Below, one piece after another: positions 1 to 13,640 of a DNA stretch of 64,000 bases. Below the pieces are notes generated by a model, which saw only the letters and a program-made list of their open reading frames with translations, was not told the DNA's origin and searched no databases. Made by a program: the position numbers and the translations under genes. Source of the stretch: Podarcis gaigeae (lineage: Eukaryota); the NCBI GenBank assembly GCA_964106915.2, contig OZ066929.1. The stretch is one strand, 5' to 3'. Every line of letters begins with the position of its first letter. Within the stretch, counting starts at the first letter, position 1.

Positions 1-166
1 CTGAGGGAGCCGGCGTACAGCTTCCGGGTCATGTGGCCAGCAGGACTAAGCCGCTTCTGGCGAACCAGAGCAGCGCACGGAAACACTGTTTAGCTTCCCG
101 CCGTAGCAGTACCTATTTACCTACTTGCACTTTGACGTCCTTTCGAACTGCTAGGTTGGCAGGAGT
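1..166 (-). mobile_element. Sauria SINE, partial (head missing, tail beyond window edge)
   Basis: Near-identical to the internal part of the copies at 5010-5365 and 8196-8549. Confidence 0.9.
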
Positions 167-1759
167 TGTCCTTCTGTACCTCCCTCCATTGCTTCCATAG
201 TAACTGCCTTAGGAGCAGAGAGGGACCCATCCATTTTGCCTACATAACCCTGCAAGGTGCCATGCAAAGTGATCTTTGCGCCATGGTGATAGAACTGCCC
301 TCTGGGCAATGGCAGACCTCCCACTTCTGGCTGCTTCAATATCTCAATAATCGCAAGAGTGTGCTCTATGCCAGACTGTACAAGGCCAGCTCCAGATCCT
401 GTTCTGAAAATACCAAATGCTGCAAGCACCGTCACCACAAGCCTGGCAACACACACGTGTGTCTTCCCCTCTTCTAAAACTACTCAGTCCACCATGAGAC
501 AAAGTTTCCGGCTTTTCCAGTCAAAAAGAGGAATCTGGAAAGGGGTTGCTACTTCCCCTTCTCCCTCCTCCAGGCAGTGACCAGACAGACACTAGAGCCA
601 CAAATTAGTCCCCAGAGTTTTGTGTCTGGTGCATTATGGGGGCTCAAAGACCATCCTCCAAATCCTGCCCAAGCCTGCCAGCCACCAGCCTTTCCTGCCT
701 GATAGGGCACGCCGACATTTATAGTCAAGAGTTTTATTCCCAGTGTAAATAACCTCTAATAGCATAGGTCATTACACTAATTACAGGAGATAATTGATTT
801 CCTAATTCTTGTTAGCCCACTACATATCATTTGGAGTACACAATTCATTATGTTTCTGGGCAACTTTCACCTGCTTTCCCATATTCCAGACCCACCTTTC
901 TGATTCAACTGCTCTGGAGAGCTCTCAGGTATGCCTCCGGGGCTTAGCCCCAGTACTTATTTGCAATGCTGGGCATCCCCTCTCACAGAACAAATTTGTT
1001 TTTGAGCACTCTGCCTTGCCACTTAGTACCTAAGGAGTTGTGCTACAGTGGGGTCAGGGTACCCTGCACAGGGGCAAGAGAAAAACTTCCCAGCATGACT
1101 AAAAGCCTAAGACATTTATAACTCATTCTTGAACATCCTTGCGCATTCTTGACCTAACTCCCAAGGGGGCCTTCCCAAGCATCATACACTAAAAATACTT
1201 ATCTTCTCCCTCTCCCCTGTAATCTTATTCATATTAATATTATTATTAATAATAATAATCTCTATTAATTTCCTTATTAATTGCTTTATACAAAAAGTCA
1301 CAGGGCAATGTATCCCACAATCTATGTCCTAGTGTGATCTTTAAAAAGTGCCTTCAATTTCAAGGTCCATCTTCCTCCACATCTTCCGCGCCAGCATCTT
1401 CTCTCTCCCCTTGATTCTTCTGTATATCATCAGTGGAACTTACCGCTGTTAGCATCTCCCACTGACTTCATGCTTTATGCAGTCTGGCCAAGCAGCCGTA
1501 GCTGGATCCCCACCAGCCCACCATGCTCAGCAGAGCTTTACAGGGCGGATCTGTGCCTGGAAAGCATGGTGCAAAAGGAAGTCTGGATGAGCCCATGGAT
1601 TAATGTAACACACTCTACACACAGGCTCCACCTTTAAAGAGCCTTTGGAAAGATCAATGGTTCCAGAGTTCATCAACCAAGTGGCTAGTGGGTGCTCACT
1701 CCTGGGATCGTGCAACAGACACAGTAGTTAACAGTTTGTTTCCTGGTTCAATTCAGTGG

Positions 1760-1910
1760 ATTGATTGTCAATTTTGAAGCCCTACAGGGCTTGGGTCCAG
1801 CATACCTCAGGGACCACCTTCTCCCATACATGCCTGCTGTCTGGGATCTGGGAGAGATGCCCTTCCCTGTGTACCATCTAGGGAAGAGGCTCCTTTGACT
1901 GGCAGGAGAG
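1760..1910 (+). mobile_element. L2-like LINE ORF2 3' remnant
   Basis: gaagccctacagggcttgggtccagcatacctcagggaccacctt = (K/E)ALQGLGPAYLRDHL, typical of the L2 C-terminus. Confidence 0.6.
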
Positions 1911-4900
1911 TGAAAGCCCCCTAGGTTGCCACACCAACACTGTAAATCACCTTGCCTTAGCAACCCTGGGTTGCCCCTTCGCTTGTTCTCTTCCAATGAT
2001 TAGTGAATGCATTTTTATTTCAGCAGGTTTTTTGCCTTGCTGAGTAGTTGATGTTTTATCGGCAGATATTTTTTAAAATAACACAAACCAGTGCTGCCTG
2101 GCTCTGTTTTATTGCATTTGACTTTATTTTCTCTTGTTATTGGAGTCTCACTGTGAAATTGTGATCTATTTGTTGTAAGTCGCCTTGAGAAAGGCAGGGC
2201 AAAATATTCTTGACACAAACAAATAAGCCAGGCAGCCAGGCTTTGTTTCTGCCAAAGCAGAAGGAAGGAAGAACAGGCAGAGGAGTGTTTCCATCCCAAA
2301 TCCAGCACCGGCTGCTTCCGGCTGCCCTGCATGCCCACCCTGGTTAGGAAAGGACAACCCACACCACCCAGAGGGCATCCCTGGCAAGTAACAAGACCAA
2401 CGGAGAGATTAACAATCCTGGATACCTGGATAACTGTGCTATGTATTTATCATCTCCAAAAAGACACCCATCTTTGCTGTCTCACAAGTCTTCCTTTATT
2501 TTATATTCACGTTCTATTTTTATTTACGTATTTATATACCCCCTTTTCTTTCTTTCAGGAAAGTTGAAACCAGCTAACAAAATGAGAGAAGGCAAGAAAA
2601 TCTCCTTGCCAAGTCCTGGTTCAAGCCCACCTGCTACCTACACAGTACTGCTTGCTTCACCTCTGAACCCTTCAACACCTACAGCAGAACCAATGCATCT
2701 CAGCTCAGGTAGCCACACATTACTCACCCAGACATCAAACTCATGGGATATGAAGGTTGATCCCTGTGCAAGCTGGTACCCACCCCACCATTAAAGAGAG
2801 AGGAGGCTGGCTGACAAGGGAGCAATCTGGCAAATCTCAGTATCAGACAGGTTTTAGCAGTAATTGATCTTAACAGCATACAAGGATGGGTGATCTTTTA
2901 AGGAACAGCAGATGGAAAAGGGGTCCTTAATGCATCCCTGGAAGTTCTGGCGTCATCATGACATGCGTCAGCAAATAGTTAATGCTACAGCTTAAATACA
3001 CTCCTGCCCCCACTCTATTGCCCCCACCGCAGGAGGCAAGCAATTGGGGGGGGCAGAGAATGGAAGACTATTAGAGAGACTCTTTCCCACTAGACAGAAC
3101 AGCCAGGCCCAGAGAAAGCAGATGCTGGCATCCTTGACCTGTCTTGTTTCAAACGCTCACTGAGAAGGCTCCAAGTAGAGAGTCAGCCTTCATTCAAGTA
3201 CCAAGCCCACAGAGTGTGGGAGGTTTTACAGGATAATTTCCACCACTACAGCACCACTTGTGCTAGATCTCTGCTCTACTGTGGAGCAGTTCCAAGCCCA
3301 GATACATAAGGAACAAAACAAGCTTGCAGCCTGTTCCCAAATCAGCAGGCACTCGCGGCACCTCAGAGAGACCACAGCCCTTTCACAGGGCCCAGGTGAG
3401 ACCAGTGTTCAGGACAAAAGCATGATGCACTGGTGGGCACCCTCCTCCCATGGACAGCAATAGGCCAGGGTGACAGAGTTCCAGGACTCAGACCTACAGC
3501 CGTTTCCCATTCTTTTTCATTCTAATTCGTTTTTACTGTGCTCATAGAATTGCTGACTGCAACACCTGAGACACCCCATCAGCCAGCCACCATCTTAATT
3601 TGCCCAGAGGCACACTGCCATTTTTAAATACATGCAATGGCTGGATGGGGAAGAAGATTTTATGCGTGCAAGTATGTACACATTTTTTGGTTAAATATGT
3701 ACTTAAGCAGCAGTTCTCCGCCATAGATTACCATAGGGAAATGCAGAGGGTCCAATCCACAGGATACTGGGCCTAGACAATCCAGTTGTCACCCCATACT
3801 TTACAGTAAATCCTGACAGGAAGAGCCAGAGCTTCCCCCCCTCTTAAAGTTGCCCTGAATTTTTATCTATTCATATAAATTAGTATATTCCTTACTATTG
3901 TCATCACCCACAAAAGACAACAACATACAGTGACTCTCGCCAGCTAAGAGCCTTGGTTGGGCGAGCCCCAACAATGCAGCAGCAAACAGTTTGGTGCCAA
4001 AGCAATGGAGATGCAGAAGGGCAGCAAGCAGAAGGCAGCCTTCATGGGGTTAAAGTCGGCCCCTCGGCTCAGTTGTCAGCCTTAGAAACTGGGTTAAAAT
4101 GGCTCTGTCCTACCTCTTATCTGCTTTGCGCTAAAAGCCCTTGAGTGTGGCAGGTTTTCCCAGAGACTTTCCGTGGCTAATCCCCTTGTGTGAGGTCTGA
4201 TACCCGCACTGCACTACAAACCTTTTCCATGTGATTTAAGAGGGATTACGCGGCCTCAATCCTACAGCATGAGAGAGAGAAACATTTCCTCAAATCAAAT
4301 TTTACAGAAAGCGATATTTAAAAACAATCAAAGCACCACTCCACAGCCCTAGAGTGAAAAGGAAGGAGTCAGCAGAGCAGAGACTCACCACCAACGCTGG
4401 CAAAGCCAAGCTCAAAAAAGCCCCTGACCCCAATTCTGCTCAGACACAGACACACACCATGCCCAGGGTGGGACACTCGACTCCACTGCCCCTGTGTTTA
4501 CCTCACAGAGTAAGCACGGCTGGGCAAGCAGTCACTCAGTTTCCAAGTACACACACATGCACCTTGCCAACATATGTTCAGGCAACAGCTATGGAACCCA
4601 GCTGCAACCCAGATCCATCACAATCAGCAGAGGCAGACTAAGGACAGACTCTGGGCCAAGGGCTTTGCAGCAGGTGGGGGTCCAAAGCAGCTGGAGAGAC
4701 CAAACAGACAGGGAAAAGTAAAATCAACTCTTCACCACTTTCCAAGGTCTCTACAGCACTATTTGGGATGTTATTTTTGAGATAACGGGATGGGAAGTGC
4801 CTCTTTGGCCTCATCCACACTTACCTTTTGCCCTATGCTTTCTAGGCACAAGTCCAGGCTTTCCCAGACCGTGTCCGAGCACTTCTTTCTTGCCCTGCCA

Positions 4901-5009
4901 CTTTCCCCAGGAAGGTAAAAAAGCACTTGAACATGAATGGGAAAAGTGCAGACCTGTGCCTAGAAAGCAAGGAGGAAAAGTAGTGTATATGAGTTCTAAG
5001 GCTCAGCTA

Positions 5010-5365
5010 AAGGTAAAGGTAAAGGGACCCCTGACCGTTAGGTCCAGTCATGGCTGACTCTGGGGTTGTGGTGCTCATCTCGCTTTACTGGCTGAGGGAG
5101 CCGGTGCACAGCTTCCGGGTCATGTGGCCAGCATGACTAAGCTGCTTCTGGCGAATCAGAGCAGTGCACGGAAACGCCGTTTACCTTCCCACCAGAGCAG
5201 TACCGATTTATCTACTTGCACTTTGATGTGCTTTCGAACTGCTAGGTTGGCAGGAGCAGGGACCGAGCAACAGGAGCTCACCCCGTCGCAGGGATTTGAA
5301 CTGCTGACCTTCTGATTGGCAAATCCTAGGCTCTGTGTTTTAACCCACAGCGCCACCCGCGTCCC
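5010..5365 (-). mobile_element. Full-length Sauria SINE
   Basis: tRNA-like head (A box TGGCGCTGTGG, B box), (ACCTTT)n tail, TSD AGGCTCAGCTA at 4999-5009 and 5371-5381. Confidence 0.95.
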
Positions 5366-6254
5366 TGTCTAGGCTCAGCTAGACAATGTCAAATCCAGGT
5401 TTTGCACATATGCAAGGGCTATGCATGGCAGCAAAGCAAGAAAGAAGGGTTAGGGCAAGCCTATGGAAAAGAGCTAAAGAGAGTGAAGTCCCTTAAGAGA
5501 GGGAGGCAAAAGTGCCAGCTTGGCCCCATGACTATTGGTGCCTGGGGCTGTGGGTGCCATGCAGTGTGCATGTCCCTGAAACTGGAATTTGTGGGTGCGC
5601 AGCCCCTAGACAGGGAATTTTGTGGGTGCTCAGGCACCCAGGGCCCCAGGGAGTTGGCACCTATGGAGAGAGGAGGAAGTGGAGCCCTTAGAGGGGCTCT
5701 GCTCTCATCACCTCCTTGCAGCAGAGAAATAGTCAAGTCCCCATAACACTTGGCAAGAAATCTCATTATGTGTCCCTCAACCAGCTACTTTTGCACTTCA
5801 ACACTATCATCTCTGAGGCAGGGTAGAGGGAGATTTACTGTTCTGAAGGCCTCCCACTTCTCTAAAAACCCAATTCCTTACAGGCATTCTAAAGACGCGT
5901 GCAGAGAAACAGGTGCAAACAAACAGATAATAGTGAATTGACTGGCTTGATGATGCCCCAGCAAACTCTCTGGAAGCCACCAAGCTGAGCACATCTGGCT
6001 AGTTTGAAGCAGCAACACCATCACAAATATTATTCAGATGCACAGAGCAGAGAAAGAAATGTGAAAATCCACCCTGAATCACTCCCTCTACTGCTAACGA
6101 ATAAGCAGGAATTAGTTGCAGTAGAGCACTTTGCAGCACACAAGTCTGTCACGCCAAAATCAATCCTTGTCCCAAGCCTTGCCCCTGTTAATTCAGTTTG
6201 TCATCACTCAGTGAAGATCCCCATAACGGAGCCAACAAAAACAGGAAGCCAATA

Positions 6255-6350
6255 AGATGCCATGTTCAACTTCTTCGGAAATGACATGGATGAGGTCATG
6301 GAGAGGAAGCTTATCAGATTGGCAGTGGACATAGCCTGAGCCACAATGAA
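6255..6350 (+). mobile_element. Ancient CR1 reverse-transcriptase fragment
   Basis: Reads FNFFGNDMDEVMERKLIRLAVD, a degenerate form of CR1 FNIFINDLDEGIExxLSKFADD. Confidence 0.5.
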
Positions 6351-6479
6351 CCCCCTGGAAGTGGCAGCGACTGAAGTGAATAGGCAGGTCTATAGGTACA
6401 CTTCACAATCTCTAAGGTACACTTCATCCTGGAGAAACTACCTGGCTCCATTTTCCCTCCACCACCATCTTTAAGACAA

Positions 6480-6935
6480 CATTCGTTTTGACCTTTAAAG
6501 CCCTATGCAGCCTAGGACCCACGTACCTACAGGAACGTCTCTCCTGGTATGCTGCGTGGAGGACCTTAAGGTCCATCAATAGCAACACTCTAGAGGTCCT
6601 GGGCCCTAAGGAAGTCAGATTAGCCTCAAAACAGGGCCAGGGCCTTTTCAACACTGGCTCCAGCCTGGTGGAATGCACTGTCTCATGAGACCAGGGCCCT
6701 GTGAGATCTTATTTCTTTCCGCAGGGCCTGCAAGACAAAGCTGTTCTGCCTAGTCTTTGCTTTGGACTCAGTCTGAGCCTTATGTTTCCCTCCATTTATG
6801 TGATCTATGGGCTACTTTTAAAATGAGGCTGCATTTCAAATTGCATTTTAATCTGTATTTTAAATTGGTGTTTTTTTGTCGTCGTCCCCCCCCCAATTAT
6901 GTTTTTACTGTAATTTTTACTGGTGTTAGCCACCC

Positions 6936-6969
<34 letters not shown>

Positions 6970-6976
6970 TACTATT
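6480..6976 (+). mobile_element. L2-like LINE 3' end with (TAT)n tail
   Basis: TFKALCSLGPTYLQERLSWY then WNAL motif, AT-rich 3' UTR, (TAT)n at about 6936-6976. Confidence 0.75.
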
Positions 6977-7985
6977 ACGGTAAATTGGGAGTTCTGGAAG
7001 ATGACATTCTCTTTTTCCAGCTGTGCCTGCTTTTTATATAGGCATCTCACAGGATCTACACATGCTGATCCAGCAAATCTGAGGTTTGCATAGACACAGA
7101 CACACAACCTCCTTGCTAGTTCTTGAAACTTTCTGATACTTGAATGCTAATTCATAGATAATTGCAATTTCATAGTCAGTGCTACACACCAATAGTCCTG
7201 ATCCGATACAAGAAGTGATGCCACATAGCCAAATAAGCAGTGCACTGCACAATAATGACATGGTGCTGGAAATTTTGTTTTTAAAAGTGGTAGGTTAATT
7301 GCAGCTATGTTTTCTTAAGATTGTTGTATGCCGCCTAGATCCTTGGGGAAATGCCCAATAAATCTCATCACTAAATACAAGAAGTGGTGGCAGCACATCT
7401 ACCTTTAATGTCCGCAAAAGACACAGTCCAGAGAAGAAGTAGTTGTGCCACATCGCAGCCGTCTTCAGTCACACTTTGCTGGTGCCGTTGCAATAATATA
7501 AATGTCACAGCTATAACCTGGCTGTATCGATCCCGCACAGCGGCTGGGATATCTGTGCTGGGATTAATATGTTGGCATCTCCAAGGAGTGGGGGGGAGGA
7601 ATAGGTAAAGCCCATCTGACAGTTTCAATTAAGGGAGCGTGAAAAGCTATTTGCGTCAGAGACTCTGTCTTCCCAGGGAGAGCGGAGGGCAGCCCGAAGG
7701 CGGCCTGTCTGTACGCTTGGATCTGGCTAAGTGAAGTGATCGGCTACACGAAGTGATGGCCAACAGACCGATGCCTCCTCCACTGCCGTCTCTAGCTGAC
7801 GAACCCCTCAGCCTTGTTTCCTTTGTCCGCCAGCTGCCTCAACAAGGATCCGACCTGACAGTCAGAAACGAGCTCTCGGGATTCTGTTCACTGAGCCCAA
7901 ATTGGCAAATCAGCAGATGCTGAGACACACCCACTGGGTGTAGGAAAACACCAAGCTGCAAAGCCTAAGACAAGGCATGCCAAGC

Positions 7986-8730
7986 CATAAGAGGAGCCTG
8001 GCTGCTGGATCAGACCAAAGGGGGCCCATCAAGCCCAGTGTCCTACTCTAACAGTGGCCAACCAGATGCCACTTCTGGAAGGTACACAAGTAGGACCTGA
8101 GTTCAACAGCATTCTCCCCACTTGTGATTCCCAGAACCTGGTATTCAGAAGCATACTTCCTCCGGCAATGAGGACAGGGCATAGCAATCCTGGTTGGTAA
8201 AGGTAAAGGGACCCCTGACCATTAGGTCCAGTTGTGGCTGATTCTGGGGTTGCGGCGCTCATCTCGCTTTATTGGCCGAGGGAGCCAGCGTACAGCTTCT
8301 GGGTCATGTGGCCAGCATGACTAAGCCGCTTCTGGCAAACCAGAGAAGTGCACGGAAATGCCGTTTACCTTCCTGCCGGAGCAGTACCTATTTATCTACT
8401 TGCACTTTGACGTGCTTTCAAATTGCTAGGTTGGCAGGAGCAGGGACCGAGCAACGGGAGCTCACCCCATCACGGGGATTTGAACCGCCAACCTTCTGAT
8501 CGGCAAGTCCTAGGCTCTGTGGTTTAACCCACAGCGCCACCCATGTCCCAGCAGTCCTGGTTAGTAGTCATCAATTCCCTTACTCCACTAATGTTCTAAT
8601 CCTCTTTTTAAGCCATCCAAGTTGGCCATCTCTACATTTTTGGAGAGAGAAATTCCAATGTGCCTTCATACAACTTTGTCTGTCCTAAATCTTCAGTTTG
8701 CTAGATGGCCTTCAGCTCTAGTCTTAAAAT
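7986..8730 (-). mobile_element. CR1 LINE 3' end interrupted by a Sauria SINE
   Basis: cataagaggagcc..ctggatcagaccaaag..cagtggccaaccagatgcc is the reverse complement of a reptile CR1 3' UTR. The sequence resumes after 8550. Confidence 0.75.
8196..8549 (-). mobile_element. Full-length Sauria SINE nested in CR1
   Basis: Head, body and tail as at 5010-5365. TSD AGCA(A/G)TCCTGGTT at 8183-8195 and 8550-8562. Confidence 0.95.
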
Positions 8731-9999
8731 AAGTCAGGTAAATGTGGGGCAATTGGCTCCATCAAGGGATGGAATTCTTCCTTTACTGCCCAAAAAGGGT
8801 TCATATGGAGTCCCAGAAAGGCAACAGAAGTCCATCTCAACACCTGGGAGAAGAACGTCACTCATCAGCTTTGCAGAGTGAAGAAGGGCTGCCACATTCA
8901 GCTCCGTGGAGCGCAACAGCTGCCTCTCCCTTCAGGGCAGAGGTCCACACATTAGCTTGCCACACTGAGCATCCCTCCCCCTCTAGTATGCATGCCAAGC
9001 CCCAGCCCTCCTCCCCAGCTCTGAGCTGGGGAAGGGGGAGAGGAGGGGAGAATCTTCCTTGCAGCAGTGCTGTACTTTGCGTGACAGCAACCACAGCACC
9101 CCTCCCCAGCTCAGAGCATGGAAGAGAGCTAGGGAGCACCTAGGAGCACCTTGGAGAAGTTCCAGCCCACCCTCCTGCTGAGCTCAGAGTTGGCAAGAGT
9201 AGCGGTCACCTCTGACTTTCCCGCTTTTAGCTAATCATTGGGGTGTTGTTGTTTTTTTAAAAAAAGTTTCAAACACCTGTTTTTACTGATAATTTCATTG
9301 TTTTATTCCTTTTGTAAACCACTTTGATGTTTCCCCCCCCCCTACAATCAAAATAAAAAACATCCTCATGCATTCAGAATTAAACATCACCGCATAAAAC
9401 CATAAGAGGTGTCTCTGCCCTTTGGAACAACATTATCTACACAGATCTCTGCTAAATTGTCTCTATGTGTGGAACAATGAGTTGGACTGAAACAGCTGCT
9501 TTCACCACAGAAAAGCATGGACTAGATGAGACTGCATGGAGCTCCAGGGTGGCAGAGGACGAAAGACCTTGTTGACACCACAGACAGAGTAGCCCTTCAA
9601 AATGGGCTCTATTTGCACTCAAGATACTATTCCGGCAGACTCATTAACCACAACTCCTCAGTGAGCCAGGGAGATGCTTGACTAAGAGAAGCTTTTCTGT
9701 CAACTTCTTAAGTGAGTCCTAGCTGGCACTGTCAGCCCAGCACTTCAAGAGCAGGCCATGCTAACTCATCTGCCATCCGTATGGAGCTTAAAATGAACTG
9801 ACACCCCACAGCACCACCACCTTCACCAGCTGGTGATCCCCTCAAGATAAAAGGAGTAAGAAAAGACTCACCCATGGACCACTCCCACTTTGTCCAATGC
9901 AGGAAGCCAGAACAAGATCATGAGCTGCAGCAAACACTGGGACAAGTCTAGGATTGCCATGACAACCATATAAAACCTGAGCCGTACCTGTTAGGAACC

Positions 10000-10310
10000 C
10001 TTTGCTAATTTCCCCAATATTCTGTGGTGCGGGAGGCAGCTTTTGGGGTGAAAAGGAGAGGAAAGGCTTTCCTGCGGTGGCGCCACAGCTTTGGGATGCT
10101 CTCTCAAGAGAGATTTGCCTCCTTGACACCTACACCAATGCCTTTCCAGCGCCAGACAAGTACCCCCATTTTTATTTCCTAGGCTTCTTTACCACTTTAG
10201 TGGTTTAGATTTGTTGATCTGTTTTATTTGGATGCTGCTTTTATAGACTTGCTGTTTCTAACATGTTAGTTATTCCATTGTGTTTTCACATTTTAATTAC
10301 AAATAAATCC
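10000..10310 (+). mobile_element. L2-like LINE 3' remnant
   Basis: FPAVAPQLWDALSRE resembles L2 AFSVxAPxLWNxLP; AT-rich tail ending AATAAA. Confidence 0.55.
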
Positions 10311-13300
10311 ATAACAAATTAAAGGGAGGACTCCATGGGCATGCTGATAGTAATGGGGCTGGAGGAGGAGTCTTGAACGCCACCTAAGTCAGCTTAGTCA
10401 AGGAGCCTGTCAGGCTACAGGAACTGTCCTTCCCTCTTATCACAGAACAGCTGAAGTCAAAAGAGCTTGTATCTTGAATCAAACACCTGGAACTCCATCT
10501 CCCCTCCTAGAAAATGTTACCCAACCCCCCCAACCCACTCCTGCCCACTATTGCATGTTCCAAGCCTGTAATACACACCAGGTCAGCACTATTACACCTC
10601 TGTGATACACACCAGAGTCTATAAACAATGGCCACATTTTAACTGAGCTGGCATTAAATAGGAGCAGAAGATCTATCCATGGAAAGCTGACCAAGCTCTC
10701 CAGGAGCACAGAGTCTAGCAAAGTGAAATCTCAGTTTCTTTTAACCCCAACCCTTCCCCTCAAAAGGGACCAACTACTATGGATTTCTACCAGACAACTT
10801 ATTTATTATATTTCTTATTTATTATATTTATTTCAAGCTGGATAAGACTCCCAGAGCAGCTTACAAGTATCAGTAATATGTCCCCACAGAACCCTCTACA
10901 GCAAGGCTAGGAAGAGAGAAAATTGTCAAGCAAACAGCAATGATACCAGGCCAGGGCAGTACCAAAGGCAGAAAGATAATTATGGGCCAGTCAATCTAAC
11001 GACCCCATTCAGGTCACATGCATTTAACAGACAAGCTTAGCTGATCCCACTGGAATAAGCATAATCCTCCACTTGCAGGCCTAACTAATCCAGCCCTAAA
11101 AGGTCTAGAAGCCTTTGCCAGAGCACAGAGGTGTCTAAAAGGCACATGGGTTTTGCGCCCCATCCTCAATACACCTCTAGAAGATGACACTTCCCTTTAG
11201 AGCATTGTCTCACCAGTCCCAGCAGCCTCCAACCACCGGAGACCAGCTGAGTCGGTGGGAAGGACCCCAGTCTCAAAGGCAGGAGAGCTTTCAATGGGTC
11301 ACTAGCAGGCCAGTGGAGGGAGGTTCAAGCCAGGGGTAAGCGACCTCATGCCAGGAGGAAGGAGAGAGGAAAACCAACCAGAGAAAACCATTCGGACTGA
11401 ATGCAGACACCTGCTCTTTGTACATCTCAGCAGCACAGGGCCAAAAGATACTACTCTGTGCCCAGAGATCTTGCAGACCGCTTCCTCCGACTCAGCTGTG
11501 GACCTTTCCTAAGGCTGTCTCCCTATAAAATCTTCCCACTGCTGTTCTGCATTCTGATATAGGTAGCCTTGTACAGTTCTCCCACAGAGGAAGCTATGCC
11601 CGAATGGGAAAGGCTGAGCTACCCCACCCTTATGCATATGCATGTGTGGGTGTGCACATGCACACACCCACACATCTTGAGAAAGATCTGGGCTTAGGAA
11701 ATGAGGCAGTGGGGGGAGGACTCTGAAAGGGTGGCACCTGTCAAGCAAAATTGCAGCCACGTCCATCTGCACCACAGCCCAGAGGCAGAGGTTAAATATT
11801 AATGTGTTCTGCCTTTCACATTAAAAGGTTCCATCACAGTCTCTCACTTCTAGTCCTGCTCTGAACATTCACTCCTCAAACCAAACCAGGAAAAGGAGCT
11901 TCCAGGAGAAGTAAACAGAGCAGGTTTGATCCTGACTCTGAGCAGACCCCATGAAAGGAAAAAAAGAACAATGGGTGCAATAGAAAGAACACACACACAC
12001 ACCCCTCCCTGCTTTCTCAGTACGAAGCCAAGTCCCCAGGCAAGGCTGCTGGATGAGGGCTGGCTGGCTGGCTGTGGCACCTCCTTGAACATTCAGGGCT
12101 CCAAGGTTAGGCAGTGGCTTTGCAGTTTCAGGTCAGGAGAGTGGGCAGAAATGGATTCTGGTGATTAGTCAAGGAACAAAGTGTAAACGGTGGGAGAGAC
12201 GCAGGCCCTCTAGGACAAGGGTACACTTCAGCCCATCAGCCAACAAGAGGTAGAACAAGCAAGGCTACACACTCACCCCCTGTCCCATCTCAGCAGCAAG
12301 AGGGAGGCAGCAGCTGTGGGAAAGGAACCCAGTCCCCGCCTGCTCAGGAGTCCGCAGAAACCTGGCGTCCTGTCACAGCAAGGGCCTGGGTATCACACTT
12401 TGGGGTTATCATATTCTAGCAAGCTCCTTTTGAAGCATAAAGCCCATTGCCCAGATAACAAGGTCCCCCCAGGATTCAGTAGCAGTCTGCACAATGGGAA
12501 GGAGGAAGCACCAACTAGCTTAACCCACACCCTCTGAGCTGTTCCATATCCAGCAAAAGGATTGTTTGGATCCTTTCCTCTTTTTTGGAATTGTATGGAT
12601 TACACACACACACACCCCTCACCACCACAAAACAAAACAAACAAACATCCAGACTTTGTGCAAGCAAAAGAAAATAAACAAATGAGTGACAAACCCTTCC
12701 AATATGGCACTTTGGAGCTGAGGCAATGGAACGTATCAGATAAGGGGCATACAAATTGGCATTTTTGTACCAGGAGATGGCAAAAAGTGGGTGTTGTCGT
12801 CCCCCCATCCACTATGCATCTGCAGAGATGCTTGGTGCAGCACCGACACAGCCCCTTGAACCCAGGGTCCTACGCTGGGCGGAGGAATATTTAGATAAGG
12901 ACAAGATTCAGGCAACTTTCCCTAGAGAACCTTCTGTACTCTGTCCCCTGCCCTCCCAGCCATCCCCGGCAGCAGCTCCCCTCCTCCCCTTATAGAAGCC
13001 AAAGGATACAAAACTAGCGCAGGGCACTTTAAGGCACCCAGCTAGCTCCTTCCAGGAGGCGGGGCCTAATGTAGAAGAGAGCCATTATTTTCCAGCCAGC
13101 CTAAGTTCACTGGGACCCGCCTGGAGTTCTGTGCTATGGTTCCCTGAACTGGTACGAATCGATTCACTGTCATCTCTCTGGATGTGACTTTGCCTGTATA
13201 GGATGAGACCCTTTGCTTCACCAAGACACTACCTGATGAAAGGTTTCTGTCTCCCTTCCTGTGAGCTTGGCTAAACAGGATCAGTGTCCCCATTTCAAAG

Positions 13301-13436
13301 ACTGTACCAGCCTACTTTTTTGGTGCTGCAGTTCAAGGCTGGTAGAAGGCCAGCCTTTAAACACACCTATGCCTTCAGATCGTCAGGGTCCTCCTCCTCT
13401 GGAACTGAAAGGCTATATTGGTGGTAGCATAAAAGA

Positions 13437-13640
13437 GCATAGAAAACAACCTTATTCTTCCATCAGCCATAGCAGCCAGCACTGCAGAGTCAGAGATTAT
13501 GGGAATTACAGTTGCACTGACTGGCAGTGGCTCTCTATGGTTTCAGGCCTTTCTTAACCTACCTGTGGATGCCAGAGACTGATCCTGGGACTTCTTCTCT
13601 GGAAACCATGTCTTCTAACACCAAACTACAGGTCTTTCCC
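13437..13640 (-). mobile_element. Degenerate tRNA-derived Squam3-like SINE
   Basis: cactgactggcagtggctctc..ggtttcagg..cctacctg..gatgccag..cctgggac matches the recalled reverse complement of Squam3. Confidence 0.55.
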
